From NCBI RefSeq assembly GCF_006345805.1, contig NC_043008.1, forward strand, positions 45,260,001 through 45,324,000: a stretch of DNA of 64,000 nucleotides, given 5' to 3'. The notes beneath the pieces are model-generated. The model ran no database searches, was not told the DNA's origin, and saw only the letters and a list, made by a program, of their open reading frames with translations. The position numbers were made by a program, and so were the translations under genes. Below, piece after piece: positions 1 through 13,092 of this stretch (the first letter of the stretch is position 1; each line of letters starts with the position of its first letter). This DNA is from Octopus sinensis (Eukaryota).

Positions 1-542
1 CTAAACTCTGCTTGCGAAGACCTGTTGAGGCAAGTGAAATCAAAATCAATTCAATGACTGGCATTCGTGCTAGCGGGGTGCAAAGAGCACCATACAGGTG
101 TTATCGTTGACAGAGCGGCTATTCGAGTATGATCGTTACCAGTGTCGCCTTACTAGCACTTATGCCTGTACTAGTAGGGTGCCAAGAGCACCATCTGAGC
201 ATCATCGTTGCCAGAGCAGCCAACTAGCTTCCATGCCCGTGGTACGTAAAAGGGCACCATTCGAGCGTGATCATTACCAACGTCGCTTCACTGGCACCTG
301 TGCCAGTGACACATGTAAAAAGATTCGATCAAGGTCGTTGCCAGTACTGCCTGACTGGCCCCCATGCCAGTGGTACATAAAAAGCACCCACTACACTCTC
401 GGAGTGGTTGGTGTTAGGAAGGGCATCCAGTTGTAGAAACTCTGCCGGATCAAGATTGGAACCTGGTGCAGCCATCAGTCAAAATCGTCCAACCCATGCT
501 AGCATGGAAAGCAGACGTTAAACGATGATGATGATGATGATG
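1..542 (+). mobile_element. 3' part of a SINE-like retroposon ending in a (GAT)n tail
   Basis: Ends ...gcatggaaagcagacgttaaac(gat)n. It carries internal imperfect repeats of cattcgagcgtgatcgttaccag and runs off the window start. It resembles abundant octopus SINEs from memory. Confidence 0.7.
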
Positions 543-1745
543 TATGTGTATTTGTGTAAAGTTAATAGTCTATAGATGTGCACAGAAACTGGGTGCAAGC
601 ATGCATATACGCATGTGTAAACATTGTGTTGTGCAGCAAAAGGAACAAACAGTACAAAATGTGTAACGAAAAGTGACAAAACCTGATTGGTAATGTCCTG
701 TGTGAAAAGTCTATGCTGAAAAGTGAGAAAAGGTTAGTTCTCTTGGATGGGTAGCTGTCCTAAGTGTTGCATTTATGTATGGCAACTGTTTCCCTTGTGG
801 ATCTGTGCATCGGGTTGCAGTACATGTGGAATGTAATTGGTGTGTGTCCATTGAGTCGGCGACTTCATGTTGTGTTGGGCGTGTGACGATGGAACTGAAA
901 ACTATGCGTCGTGAAAGTTTGTGTCCTATAATTCTTGTTGATGCGACTGGCACGGACTGTAATTGTTTTCAAGAGTTCATGCGATGCTGAAGCAGTAAGT
1001 CTTTGAAGTCGAGCTCACCAAATGTAATGGATAAGGTAACGAAGACTGCAGTTGTGGCTCGGGGGTCAGCAACTGTGGCAGGGTTGTTGTGGGTAACCAA
1101 TTGTATCGTTGTGGTTGATGTATTCTAATAACGTCGGTCTGTCACCAATTGTCGATGCCCGATGCTGACAATAGAGAATGTGAAGGTGGCATTGTCACTT
1201 CTTCATTCCGGCCGACTGTAGAAAAAGAGGTATATCACTGTGACACCTATTGTTTTCGTGTGGTGTCTGTGTAGACGCGGAAAAGTTTTAAGTCAAATGG
1301 AAAACACATCAATTGACATAGCAAAGCCATGTGATGAAATTAACTCAAAGAACAATGCAATACATATGTACAACTAGCTCTAGCATGCTTGCACCCAGTT
1401 TCTGTGCACATCTATAGACTATTAACTTTTTTTTTTCCCTTTGCATGCAACTCTTTTCTCATGAGAAGGATATCTCGGTACTACTAGCGAAAACTGGACC
1501 CGGTGCGTAAGTAGTTGATCCTACAACGACTTGCGCGTATGCAAATGAGTTGATTTTACAGAATAAAATAAAAGAATTTTTTAAAGAAAGTAAATAAATT
1601 ATTTCTTAGAACAATGTTTATGATTTTTTTTACACAAATCAAATAAAATGTGTGATATATTCTTTTACTAGATTTTAGTTTTTGGACAGCATCCATAGTA
1701 GGTACATCATTCAGGTGTATATATATATATATATATATGTATGTA

Positions 1746-1776
<31 letters not shown>

Positions 1777-2229
1777 GTGCATATGTGTGTGTATATGTGT
1801 ATATACATGTGTGTGTATGTGAGTATATATATATGTTCGTTACGTAAATTACTCGCTTCTCCCCCTTCTGCTTAAATTCTGACCGTCCCTAAATTCCGAC
1901 TGACCCTTGTTCGCTGTGCGCCCACCCAAACCCACCCCCACCACCAATACCAGATATCTCTCTATTCTCTCCCCTTCCCCTCCCTTGTCCCTATGAAACG
2001 AAGAGAAGCAAAAAGCTGCTGCTGCCATTACTACTGCTATTACCACTGCCTCTGCTACTGCTGATAGTGATATTGCTGCTGCTACTACAACTGCTGCTGA
2101 TGATGATGGATATCAGTGGTTGAAAATAAACATAAAATAAACGTAGGAAAAAGAATGAAAAATCTAATAATAATTTAACATTACTTGAAAAGGTAGTGGG
2201 TAGCGAACTTCTTCACTACTTCAGGAAGT

Positions 2230-5200
2230 GACGACCCTGCCTGACACGAGTTCCGGGCTCAGCTGGTTCCAGCTGACAGTACCCGGTATGGGCCCCTATC
2301 CAGGGTTACGGAAAGGAGACAACCTTCAAAGAAACCCCGAAGGCGGTCTAGTGTTCGACTCGACACTCTTCCAGCAGCTCCTGCAACCAAGCTGGTGCCA
2401 AACATAATGCACTGCACTCCTTTGGTCTACATCAGCAAGGTCGAGAGAGAAAACCTGACGATTGGGCTACCCAGGACTTTCTTATCTCTAGCCCAGGCCT
2501 GCGCAAAACTGGAAAGGACACTTCAGTGCTGCTGTAAAAAGCTGCAGAAACAACACGGGAAGTAACAGTCACGAGTGATAAGTCCATTCAGATTGGCGTA
2601 AAATATGGGCGCTACGGTTTACCTCTGACGTTGGGAGGGACCTCCGTGTCCTATTGGTTAGCTACTGCCCACCTCAAGCTGGGCAGCCCCCAGTTAATAA
2701 GGTGCTGACCCGCCACAGTCCGCCTGCTTCATTGGGTGCTTGGAGCTAAGAGTATGACTTGAAAAGTGGCCTGCAACCTCTGCACCAGGCAAACAACTAA
2801 AAGTCAAGAAAACACCAGTCCTGCAGTTGGCAAGCTGGAATGTCAGGACCATGTGCCCTGGAATATCTGATGATCTACTCAGGGTTGAAGACACAAGGAC
2901 AACGGCCATCATTGACCGTGAACTAAAGAGGCTCAACATAGACATTGCTGGGCTACAGGAGACAAGACTTCCCTCAAACGGCAAACTCAAAGAGCAGGAT
3001 TTCACCTTCTTTTGGCAGGGAAGAGATCCAGAAGAACCTCGTCAACATGGCGTTGGCTTTGCAGTGAGAAACTCACTACTCTCCTCAATAGAACCACCAT
3101 CAGGAGGCACTGAGCGTATCCTCTCACTGCGCCTCTCGACTTCTTCTGGCTCAGTACATCTACTCAGCATCTATGCTCCCACTCTCTACAGCTCAGAGGA
3201 GACCAAGGACCAGTTCTACAAAGATCTCAACTGTGTCATAGAAAATATACCGACTGAAAATATCTACCTTCTAGGGGATTTTAACACTCGCGTGAGATCT
3301 GACCATGATTCGTGGCCCATTTGTGTTGGACACTTTGGTATTAGCAACATGAATGACAATGGTCAGAGACTACTCAAATTCTGCACATACCACAACCTGT
3401 GCATCACAAACACATTCTTTACCAACAAGCCATCCCACAAGGCATCTTGGAGACATCCAAGATCTCACTACTGGCATCAGCTGGATCTCATCATTACACG
3501 GAGATCCTTCCTGAATTCTACTCTATTGACCCGCAGTTACCACAGCGCAGATTGTGACACGGACCACTCACTAATTAGAAATAGGGTGAGGATTCTACCT
3601 AAAAATGTCCATCGCTCCAAGAAAGTGGGCCGACCACACATTAACACTGCCAGAACCTCGGACCCTACACTGCGAAAATGTTTTGCTGCTTCTATCAAGG
3701 TTGCCCTCAGTGGCTGCCCAAACTCCTCTGCTGAAAGTAGGTGGAACTATACCAGGGAAGCTTTGTATACGACATCAATAGATACGTTCGGCATGAGAGA
3801 AAGGCAAAACCCAGATTGGTTCAATGCTGGGCTCTCAGAGCTGGAGCCAGTTATCGAAGCAAAGCGTGCAGCTCTGATTCAATCCAAGAGTGACTATTCT
3901 ACAAAGTCACTCGAAGAACTCAGAAAGGCACGAAATAAAACCCAACTGACAGCCAGACGCTGTGCAAATATGTATTGGCAGGAAATCTGTCAGAGTATCC
4001 AGTCAGCTGCTGACAGTGGCGACACCCGTGGGATGTATGCCAGTTTGAAGAAGGCCCTCGGTCCATCCGCAACCAAGTCAGCCCCTCTGAAATCAACTAC
4101 TGGAGATCTCATCAGGGATCAAAGCAAGCAAATGGATAGATGGGTGGAGCACTACCAGGATCTCTACTCACGGGAGACTACAGTGGCTGAGGCTGCAGTC
4201 GAGAGTGTCAAGATCTTGCCAGTCATGTGCGAACTTGACAGTCCGCCATCTATAGCAGAGCTCATCAAGGCTGTTGACTCCCTAGCAAGAAACAAGGCTC
4301 CGGGAAAAGATGGCATCCCCTCAGAGATCATCAAAGCCGGCAAAAACACCATCCTGCTTCGGCACCTTCATGAGCTTCTGTGTCAGTGCTGGGAAGAGGG
4401 TACAGTCCCTCAGGATATGCGGGATGCTAACATCATTACGCTTTACAAAAACAAAGGTGACCGTGGTGATTGTAACAATTACCGTGGAATATCTCTTCTA
4501 AGCACAGTTGGAAAGATCTTTGCCCGCGTTATCCTGGCCAGGCTACAACTACTTGCTTCTCGAATCTATCCGGAATCGCAATGTGGCTATAGAAGAAGCA
4601 GATCAACTATTGATATGATATTCTCCATACGCCAACTTCAGAAGTCCAGAGAGCAGAGAATGCCATTATATATGGCCTTCATTGATCTAACAAAGACCTT
4701 TGACTCGGTAAGCAGAACAGGCCTCTTCACCCTGCTCCAAAAAATCGGATGTCCACCAAAGCTGCTGAGGATCATCAAGTCTTTCCATGATGACATGCAA
4801 GGCACCATACAGCACAACGGTTCAACATCAGCCGCCTTCCAAATAAAAAACGGGGTAAAGCAAGGTTGTGTCCTCGCTCCTACATTGTTTGGCATCTTCT
4901 CGCTCTTACTCTCACATGCCTTTCAGACATCAGATGATGGAGTGTTTCTGCACAGTAGAAGTGACGGGAAACTGTTCAATCTCTCGCGCCTGCGTGCCAA
5001 GACCAAAATCAGAAACGTCCTGATCAAGGAGATGCTATTTGCTGATGATGCCGCTCTGGTATCACACACAGAAGAAGCCCTCCAAAGGCTCATTAACTGT
5101 TTTGAGCAAGCATGTAACGACTTTGGCTTAGCTATCAGCCTTAAGAAGACCAACATCATGGGTCAGGCTACATCGGACATCCCAAACATACATATTGGAG

Positions 5201-6044
5201 ACCACAGATTACAAGAGGTGGAGAAGTTTACCTATCTGGGCTCTACCGTCACCTACAACCTATCCCTCGACGCTGAGCTCAATATACGCATTGGCAAGGC
5301 AGCTGCTGCGATGGCCCAACTCTCCAAACGGGCTTGGGACAACAATAAACTGACCAAGACCACGAAAATGAAGATCTACCAGGCATGTGTACTCAGCACT
5401 CTACTGTATGGAAGTGAGACTTGGACGCTATACACACGCCAAGAGCGTCGCCTAAACATCTTTCACCTGTGCTGCCTCCGGAAAATCCTCCGCATCAAAT
5501 GGCAGAACCATATCCCCAACAAAGATGTCCTCAGGCAAGCAGGAATACCAAGAATGTTTGCACTCCTCACACAAAGACGTATGAGATGGCTTGGGCATGT
5601 TAGCCATATGAAAGATGCCAGAATCCCCAAGGACATACTCTACGGAGAGCTTGCTAGGAGTACTAGGTCTGTGGGTAGACCGCTCTTACGTTACACGAAT
5701 GTTTGCAAAAGGGGTATGAAGGCCTGCAACATCAATATTAGCGGTTGGGAAGCAATTGCCGGCAACCGTGGAGATTGGCGACGTACCGTCAAAGAGGGAA
5801 TACAAAGGAGTGACAGAGAGAGAGAGAGAGAGGAGAAATGGAAAGAAAAGAAGAGTCGTCAACAAGAGACTATGGCATTACAACGAGCCAGGAACAGTCT
5901 TCGCTACATTTGCGGTACCTGCCAGAGGGAGTGTTTGTCCAGGATAGGACTACACAGCCACATCAGGAAATGTATCAGGACATGAAATGTAAAAGCCGGA
6001 CTGGACTACTTTATGCGCAACTCCATTGTCTCCCGAGACAAAAA

Positions 6045-6046
<2 letters not shown>
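2230..6046 (+). mobile_element. Near full-length RTE-clade LINE (5' boundary approximate)
   Basis: About 600 bp of GC-richer 5' leader, one long EN-RT ORF, and a short 3' UTR running into (AT)n(GT)n. No TSD identified. Confidence 0.9.
2827..5985 (+). CDS. RTE LINE ORF: APE endonuclease, reverse transcriptase and C-terminal Zn-finger-like motif
   Basis: EN motifs ASWNVRT, GLQETR, IYAPT, LGDFN and DTDH. RT motifs KAPGKDGIP, NYRGISLL, FIDLTKTFDSV, GVKQGCVLAPTLF, LFADD and FTYLGS. C-terminal CGTC...HSHIRKC. The frame is open from 2758 and the first ATG is at 2851. Confidence 0.92.
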   Translation: MASWNVRTMCPGISDDLLRVEDTRTTAIIDRELKRLNIDIAGLQETRLPSNGKLKEQDFTFFWQGRDPEEPRQHGVGFAVRNSLLSSIEPPSGGTERILSLRLSTSSGSVHLLSIYAPTLYSSEETKDQFYKDLNCVIENIPTENIYLLGDFNTRVRSDHDSWPICVGHFGISNMNDNGQRLLKFCTYHNLCITNTFFTNKPSHKASWRHPRSHYWHQLDLIITRRSFLNSTLLTRSYHSADCDTDHSLIRNRVRILPKNVHRSKKVGRPHINTARTSDPTLRKCFAASIKVALSGCPNSSAESRWNYTREALYTTSIDTFGMRERQNPDWFNAGLSELEPVIEAKRAALIQSKSDYSTKSLEELRKARNKTQLTARRCANMYWQEICQSIQSAADSGDTRGMYASLKKALGPSATKSAPLKSTTGDLIRDQSKQMDRWVEHYQDLYSRETTVAEAAVESVKILPVMCELDSPPSIAELIKAVDSLARNKAPGKDGIPSEIIKAGKNTILLRHLHELLCQCWEEGTVPQDMRDANIITLYKNKGDRGDCNNYRGISLLSTVGKIFARVILARLQLLASRIYPESQCGYRRSRSTIDMIFSIRQLQKSREQRMPLYMAFIDLTKTFDSVSRTGLFTLLQKIGCPPKLLRIIKSFHDDMQGTIQHNGSTSAAFQIKNGVKQGCVLAPTLFGIFSLLLSHAFQTSDDGVFLHSRSDGKLFNLSRLRAKTKIRNVLIKEMLFADDAALVSHTEEALQRLINCFEQACNDFGLAISLKKTNIMGQATSDIPNIHIGDHRLQEVEKFTYLGSTVTYNLSLDAELNIRIGKAAAAMAQLSKRAWDNNKLTKTTKMKIYQACVLSTLLYGSETWTLYTRQERRLNIFHLCCLRKILRIKWQNHIPNKDVLRQAGIPRMFALLTQRRMRWLGHVSHMKDARIPKDILYGELARSTRSVGRPLLRYTNVCKRGMKACNINISGWEAIAGNRGDWRRTVKEGIQRSDREREREEKWKEKKSRQQETMALQRARNSLRYICGTCQRECLSRIGLHSHIRKCIRT

Positions 6047-6105
<59 letters not shown>

Positions 6106-7414
6106 AGAATGAGAGAAGAAACAAAATATCCTTAAGATGATAAGGAATGGAAAGTTGATATCGATTGATAGATTTGATAAGATGAAAATATTTCGGTAAC
6201 AGTTTATTACACGTGTGTAAGAATGTCTGAGCGAGAGAGGAGAGCATATTACAGCATTCCATGAAGGGTTTTGTTTGTTTTGATGTTTTCTTGTTTGTTT
6301 ATTTACACTAACCCCCCCCCATCCCCTTGTCTTGATCATTAATTGTTGTCTTCCAACCTACAACACAAGTTGTTGTAGGATCGACTACTTACGACTAGCT
6401 AGCGCGTCTTTCTCTTACCAAATCACCATCGTCACATCAACAGACATTACTCTATCAGTCCCTTGCATGATGCCATAATGGTGAAAAGAGGACAAGTTGG
6501 GGCGATGTTTCGCTTGTCGGGGAAACGTTGCCTTAAATCGATACGAAGTTATGTTTGTTTACACATGTTATACATCAAAATCCATTTTTAGTCATATATA
6601 TTCATAAAAGCAATAACTTACAAACAATTTCCAGTGAAAAACACGACAAATATTTCCAGGTTGAAGAAATTCCCGCTGTTTAACGATACGAACGATAATC
6701 CCACAATGCTTTGCGAAAAGTCAGACACCAATTTTCAACCGCTATAGTTCCGTATTTGCTCGGTGATAAATTAATCCATTGTAAGTTAGATTATATATAC
6801 ATTTACAGTTTATTTTGACAAATAACTAAGCTAAAATAAAATAAGCTGATTTCCCAACCACAAGGTTCCGCATTCGCTCCCACATGGCGGTGAGCTGGTA
6901 TTACATGGGCATACAAAAAACTGTCCCAGCACCTACAAAAATGCATCGACCGAAATGGCAATTATATAGAAAAATAGATAAATATTCAAACTTTAAAACG
7001 ACGTAAACGTTATTGACAATAAACGTTTCTCTGATTTCTAAAAGATTTTGGAAATCTTACTTTGGGAATTACCTTCGTAGATTTCTTTATTAAATCAAGA
7101 AAAGTCGAACACATTGGGAACAATGGAATGTAGAACTTTTCATTTCAAAATCGATAAATAGGGATCGAAAACGTTTTCTAACGGGCACACAAAAGATAAC
7201 AATGTATCATTTCAATAGCAGAAATTCCCAAAAGGAGAGAAAATAAAACTCTGACTAGGGTTATCTGAGAAAAAGAGAGAGAAAGCCAGCCAGCCAGCCA
7301 GGATGGATGTACGTACCTATGTATGTATGTATGTAGGTGTGCTAGAAATAGCAGTCAAATCTCATGGATTTGCTAGAAATAGCAGTGAATTTTCTTGGAT
7401 CAGCTAGAACGACC

Positions 7415-7836
7415 ATATATATACATATATATATATACATATATACACACACACATATATATATATATACACATATATATATACACACATATATATATAT
7501 ACACATATATATATACACACATATATATATACATATATATACACACAACATATATATATATACATATATATACACACATATATATATATATATATAATAT
7601 ACATATATATACACACATATATATAATAATATATATACATATATATACCATATATATATATATATATATATACATATAATACACACATATATATATATAC
7701 ATATATATAACACACTATATATATACATATATATATACACATATATATATACATATATATACACATATATATATACACATATATTATACATATATATACA
7801 CACATATATATATATATATTATATATACATATATAT

Positions 7837-7874
<38 letters not shown>

Positions 7875-7969
7875 ACATATATATACACACACACACAATA
7901 TATATATTATATAATATACATATACATATATATACACACACACATATATATATATATACATACATATAT

Positions 7970-8029
<60 letters not shown>

Positions 8030-8070
8030 TATATATATATACATATATACATACTATATATATATATACA
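7415..8070. repeat. Complex (TA)n/(TACA)/(CA) microsatellite array
   Basis: Directly visible. Confidence 0.97.
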
Positions 8071-11000
8071 TTGTTTTTCTAGTTTCAGTTCAGAGCTGCG
8101 GCCATGCTGATGCACCGCCGTTTTGTGCTACACTGTTATTACGACGAACTTCGTCTAATATGTGGCACCTCGTGAAGAATGGAGTTTGATATAGCTACTC
8201 TCATTTGCACCTCTTGCCGTGAGGTAGGTTCATCTGGGACTCTCGACAGGAAGATGTCCAGTTTTGATTTAAAAACCACTACGTCTACTTTGTGCAAGTT
8301 CCTCAGACTCTTTGGGAGAATATTAAAAAGCTGTGGGCCCTTGAAACCCAGGCTGTTGCAGAAGCTGGTCCTGAAGCGTAATGGCATTCCTGGGATCTTT
8401 GGCACCATGCAGTGTCGTCCCGTTCTAGCATTGGTGTAGCTTACACTGCCAAAATTTGGCACAATTCCTTCCAGGATCTTCCAGACATATATTACTGCAT
8501 ACCTCTCCCGTCTTCTCTCCAGGGAGTAGAGTCTTAGCTGTTTCAACCTTTCCCAGTAGCTGAGCTGTTGCAAAGAGACGATCTTCTTTGTGAATCTTCT
8601 CTGGATTGCTTCAAGGTCCGCTGTTGATTGTACACTGGTGGGTGACCATAGCTGTGAGCAGTAATCCAGGCAGCTGAGGATGAATGTCCGCCAGAGGACC
8701 ATCATGTTTTCCTTATCTTTGGTTCTGAATGTTCTTAGGATTCACCCAGCCAGTCGTCTGCACTTTGTCGCCATCCTGGTGATGTGCACTTGGAAAGAGG
8801 TATCATCACTCATGTCGATACCCAGGTCCCTCACAGACTTACACTCTGGGATTGAAATTCCCCGTGGACCGGTGTTTCCTGTAAGTTTAATATTCAGTTT
8901 TGGATGCTGGTAGTGCAGGGCCTGGAATTTTTCAGCATTAAAATGCATATTATTATCCTCAGCCCATTTGTAGATTGAGTCCAACTCCTGCTGCAGGTGT
9001 GCAACATCACTAGGGTTCTGTATTTTCTGCGAGACTTTTGTATCGTCTGCATAGCTGGCCAGAGTGGCTATCCGGGCATTTGAGAGCATATCTGAGAGGG
9101 CCACTATAAAAAGCAGTGGTCCCAAGACAGTGCCCTGTGGAACATCGCTCACTATTTGTGTGTTCATAGAGGTGGCTCCATTAACCACTACTGCCTGACT
9201 CCTCTCTTTCAGGAAGTCATGTAACCACACTCCAAGTTTTCCATCTATGCCAAGGTCACGCAGTTTGTGGCATATCATACCATGATCCACCTTGTCAAAA
9301 GCTTTTGCAAAATCAAGGTAGATTACGTCCACATTTGATTTGTTGAGTAACTGCCTCAACACACAGTCATAATGCTGTAAGAGCTGGGTCAGGCAGCTCC
9401 TACCTGGTCGAAAACCATGCTGGGTATCACTCAGCAAGTTATTTTCCTCAAGGAATGCGATTAGTTTCTTTCTGACTATCCTTTCCATGACTTTGCTGAT
9501 GTGTGAAGTCAGAGAGATAGGCCTATAGTTTTTGGCATCTGCTCTACTTCCCCCTTTATGTATTGGGCATATTATTCCCTCCTTCAGCTTGCTTGGCAGT
9601 TTGCCACTCGCAAGAAAGCTCTGGAAGAGAATCTTGAGGGGTTTTGCCAGGGCATGCTAACACGCTTTGAGGAGGATGGCTGGGAAACCATCTGGACCAG
9701 CAGCTGAGTTTGTGTCCACTTCATCTATGGCTAGTAGGACATCTTTTTCGCTAATGTCAATACATTCTATTGTAACCGCCTCGCTGGTTATAGGTGAGGC
9801 GGCAAAGAAGTCCACTGGCTCGTTCACTTGTCTGTGTTCCAACGGGGTGGTAAAGACACTTTTGAACTGGTCATTCAGCATCTCACTGATCTTAGTTGGA
9901 CTGTCTGTGAGGGAGCCATCCTTTTGGAGGAGGGGTCCTATCTTGTAGTGCACTAAGACTGTTTCTTTCGCGTAACGAAAGAAGGCCTTTGGGTTTCATT
10001 TAATGTTTTTTATAACCCAGGCTTCTTTGTCTACTTTCTCCCTCACATAGGATTGTTGCAGCCTTTTTTCGATCTCCATCAGTGTTGTTTTTAGGCGGAC
10101 GTTTCGCTACTTTTGGGATGTTGGTTGAGACGATTTGCAACCTTCGTCCGTCGTCTCATGAGGATCTTCCTGTCTCTGGGAATCTTGCTCCTATTTGTTT
10201 TGGCCTTGTGCTCTGGGACATATTTCTGGCATATGGCTTGCACAGAAGACATGAAACATTCTAGTTTCATGTCAATGTCTGGTGTGGAGAGACATTCCGG
10301 CCAGTCCTCTATGAGGATCTCTTTTTGGATCGATTTCCAATCTGCTTTGTGGAAGTTCAAATTGGAGAGATTTCGGGTGCTTCCTTTAGGCTGTATGTCT
10401 CTGGTAACTTTTGGCCCAAACATAGACAGCTCTATTGTGTTGTGATCCGAAACTGATGTCGGTGTCACTTTCACATCATGAATGATGTCCATATTGTTTG
10501 TGAAGCAGAGATCCAGAATGTTATTCGCCCTAGTTGGCTTAAGTACAACTTGCTCGATGAATAAGGCATTGGTGAGGTTGAGCAGGGACTCCACCTGTAC
10601 TTGCTTGCAATGATTCATTCCTGAGAGTATGTGACCTTCGGCCCATTTGACGTTGGGGAAGTTGAAATCACCCATAAGAAATATGGTCACGTGGTGTTCC
10701 AGATTCATGAGGATTTCTTTAATTCTTGTGAGGCAATCTTCAAACTTGCCTATGTTATTTGGGGCATCCAGTGGGCAATATGTATTGCATATGACTATAT
10801 TATGTTGTCTTATGCATACAATTATAGTGTCACATACCGAATTTGAGTATGTCATTAAGACCTGGGGTGTGAGGTCATCTCAGATGTATACAGCAACTCC
10901 ACTATGCCATACTGTTCGCAGTATGGCATAGTTTGGTATGTATACTTCTGCGTCCTCTATATCAGGGTTGAGGTGAGTTTCCACAAGTGATATGCATAGG

Positions 11001-11545
11001 GCTTGATTGCATGCAGTAAGATCTCTCAGGAAAGAAATGTTGCTTTTATTTTGATGCAACAGGCTCCCAATATTTAGTAAAAGTATTGGGGTGACGGCTG
11101 TACAGGTGTTAGGGGAGGCCATCCCATGTCTGTTGACTGTGGTGGTCTTGCATAGTGGTGGGCAGGGTTCCTTCTATGTGCTTGGTGTAGCCAAGTTAGC
11201 TGCAGGACAATTCTTTGCGCCATGCATAAAAAAGACTTGCTCAGCTGTTGCGTTGCGCAGAACATCTGAGGAGCGCACTTCGTTTTCGAAAGTTTTCCTG
11301 GGAGACATTTATTGTGTTCCCTCGGAAAAGTTTTTCTCTTTGAGTCCCCTGAAGTTCTGTCAGGGTGTCGGATGGGCGAACCGGCAGTTTTTGCCATCCT
11401 CACCATGCCAACATTTGCCCCGCAGGTAGAACTTACAGGTCCTTCGGTGCCTTCCAGACTTCTTCTTTCCTGAAGTGTACTGGGGGACATTGGATCCTCC
11501 ATGGGGTTCTCTGCAGTTTGTGTGGTGGGTTTGGGTTTCAGCTTT
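8071..11545 (-). mobile_element. CR1-like LINE (family A), 5'-truncated within ORF1, ORF2 disrupted by frameshifts
   Basis: Minus-strand ORF pieces in order: APE ([30 protein letters not shown]), then [44 protein letters not shown] and [10 protein letters not shown]...YSLERRRER. The 3' UTR ends at about 8071. Confidence 0.93.
11360..11545 (-). pseudogene. LINE ORF1 remnant with a CCCH zinc finger
   Basis: [22 protein letters not shown] (C-x7-C-x8-C-x3-H) at 11372-11437, upstream of the APE domain. Confidence 0.7.
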
Positions 11546-11798
11546 GTATATATACATATGTATATATATATATATATGTATACATATACATATATACATA
11601 TAGACATATAGACATATACATATACACATATACATACATACATATACACATATACATATACACATATACATACATATACACATATATATATACATATATA
11701 CATATACATATATATATATATACACATATATACATATATACACATATATACATATATATACATATATAAATATTATATACATATATACGTATATACAT

Positions 11799-11847
<49 letters not shown>

Positions 11848-11856
11848 CATATATGT
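11546..11856. repeat. Complex (TA)/(TACA) microsatellite
   Basis: Directly visible. Confidence 0.95.
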
Positions 11857-12058
11857 GCTGCATCTCACGGATTTTTTTCAGTGAACAGGTCGCGGTCTTA
11901 AAGCGACGAAAATATTTTGATAAATTAAAGTTAAATGTTGAAGTGAATCGAACGGCTTTTATGTGTTTCTTAATGGCTTACAAACACCTTCCACGCTGCA
12001 ATTGTTTTCTTTTCAGCACACGATCTCAGATCAAATTACTTGATATGCAAGAACATGT

Positions 12059-12136
<78 letters not shown>

Positions 12137-12794
12137 CATACACACGCACACAATATATACATTACTACCACATTTGTGTTCACATATATTTGCTTTTGTG
12201 TATGGGGTGTGAGTGTTCATGTCTGTATGTGAGTATCAATATTTAACCAGAGTAGAAAATGTTATGCATTATGTAAAAAAAACCCACAATAACAAGAAAA
12301 AATACAAATCAAAGACAACATAAAACTTGCATATGACACCCAAATATGCTCACAAAAACGAGGCACGTGGAAAAAGGTCTTCTAAGACATGATTCCATCA
12401 TTCATTTCCGGCGATGGAAGAAAAACATCTGCTTTAATCAATTTTGTGGGCGAGGCTGGGTTGAAAATAAGCAGCACTTCAACAGAGCAGCTGTTTGGAT
12501 AAAATTGATTTATTGAAAATTACCTACTCAGTGAAGCGTCAGCCGGATCTACCTCTCTCACAAACCACTGTTACGATTTGCTTAACTCCCCACTACCACT
12601 GCCACTATCGTCTTCTGTATCTCTACAACTTGCCTATTAGTTGCTTTTTCTGCTTTAACTATATCTTTCTTTTCACCTGTCGCTCATTCTCCCACAGACG
12701 CTTACAACCACAGCTTTATATATATATATAATGTATGTATGTATGTATATGCATACACTCATACACACATGCATATACACACATACATATAGAT

Positions 12795-13092
12795 ATCGAG
12801 GGAAATTTAGGAAATGCAGGAGCTTATATAAAAGTTCCTACGTGCGTTTCACCGTTTTGGTTGTTTGGAGCGCTGTGCTAAAAGTTCCACTTGCATTTAG
12901 ATGCCCAACAAGAATGGATCTCCAGGAAGTATTTTATTGTATTAATTTACATGTAACTATGTATAAAGTTTCGTTTTGGGATTTGGTTTGCAAGATTCTT
13001 TATAAAAGTTCGTGTGTTGAAGCATATTCTGTTGTGTCTGGGGAGAGTCATTTTCTCTTTGTGCCTTATTATGTAACACACTCACCAGTAAA
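12795..13092. mobile_element. Interspersed repeat fragment, possibly Penelope-like terminal region
   Basis: A discrete non-simple block between microsatellites. The family assignment is from recollection only. Confidence 0.35.

Noticed and set aside
12835-12930. Minus-strand ctggaga...gaaacgcacgta hammerhead candidate
   Set aside because: The core is mutated, stem II is implausible and stem I is only about 3 bp.
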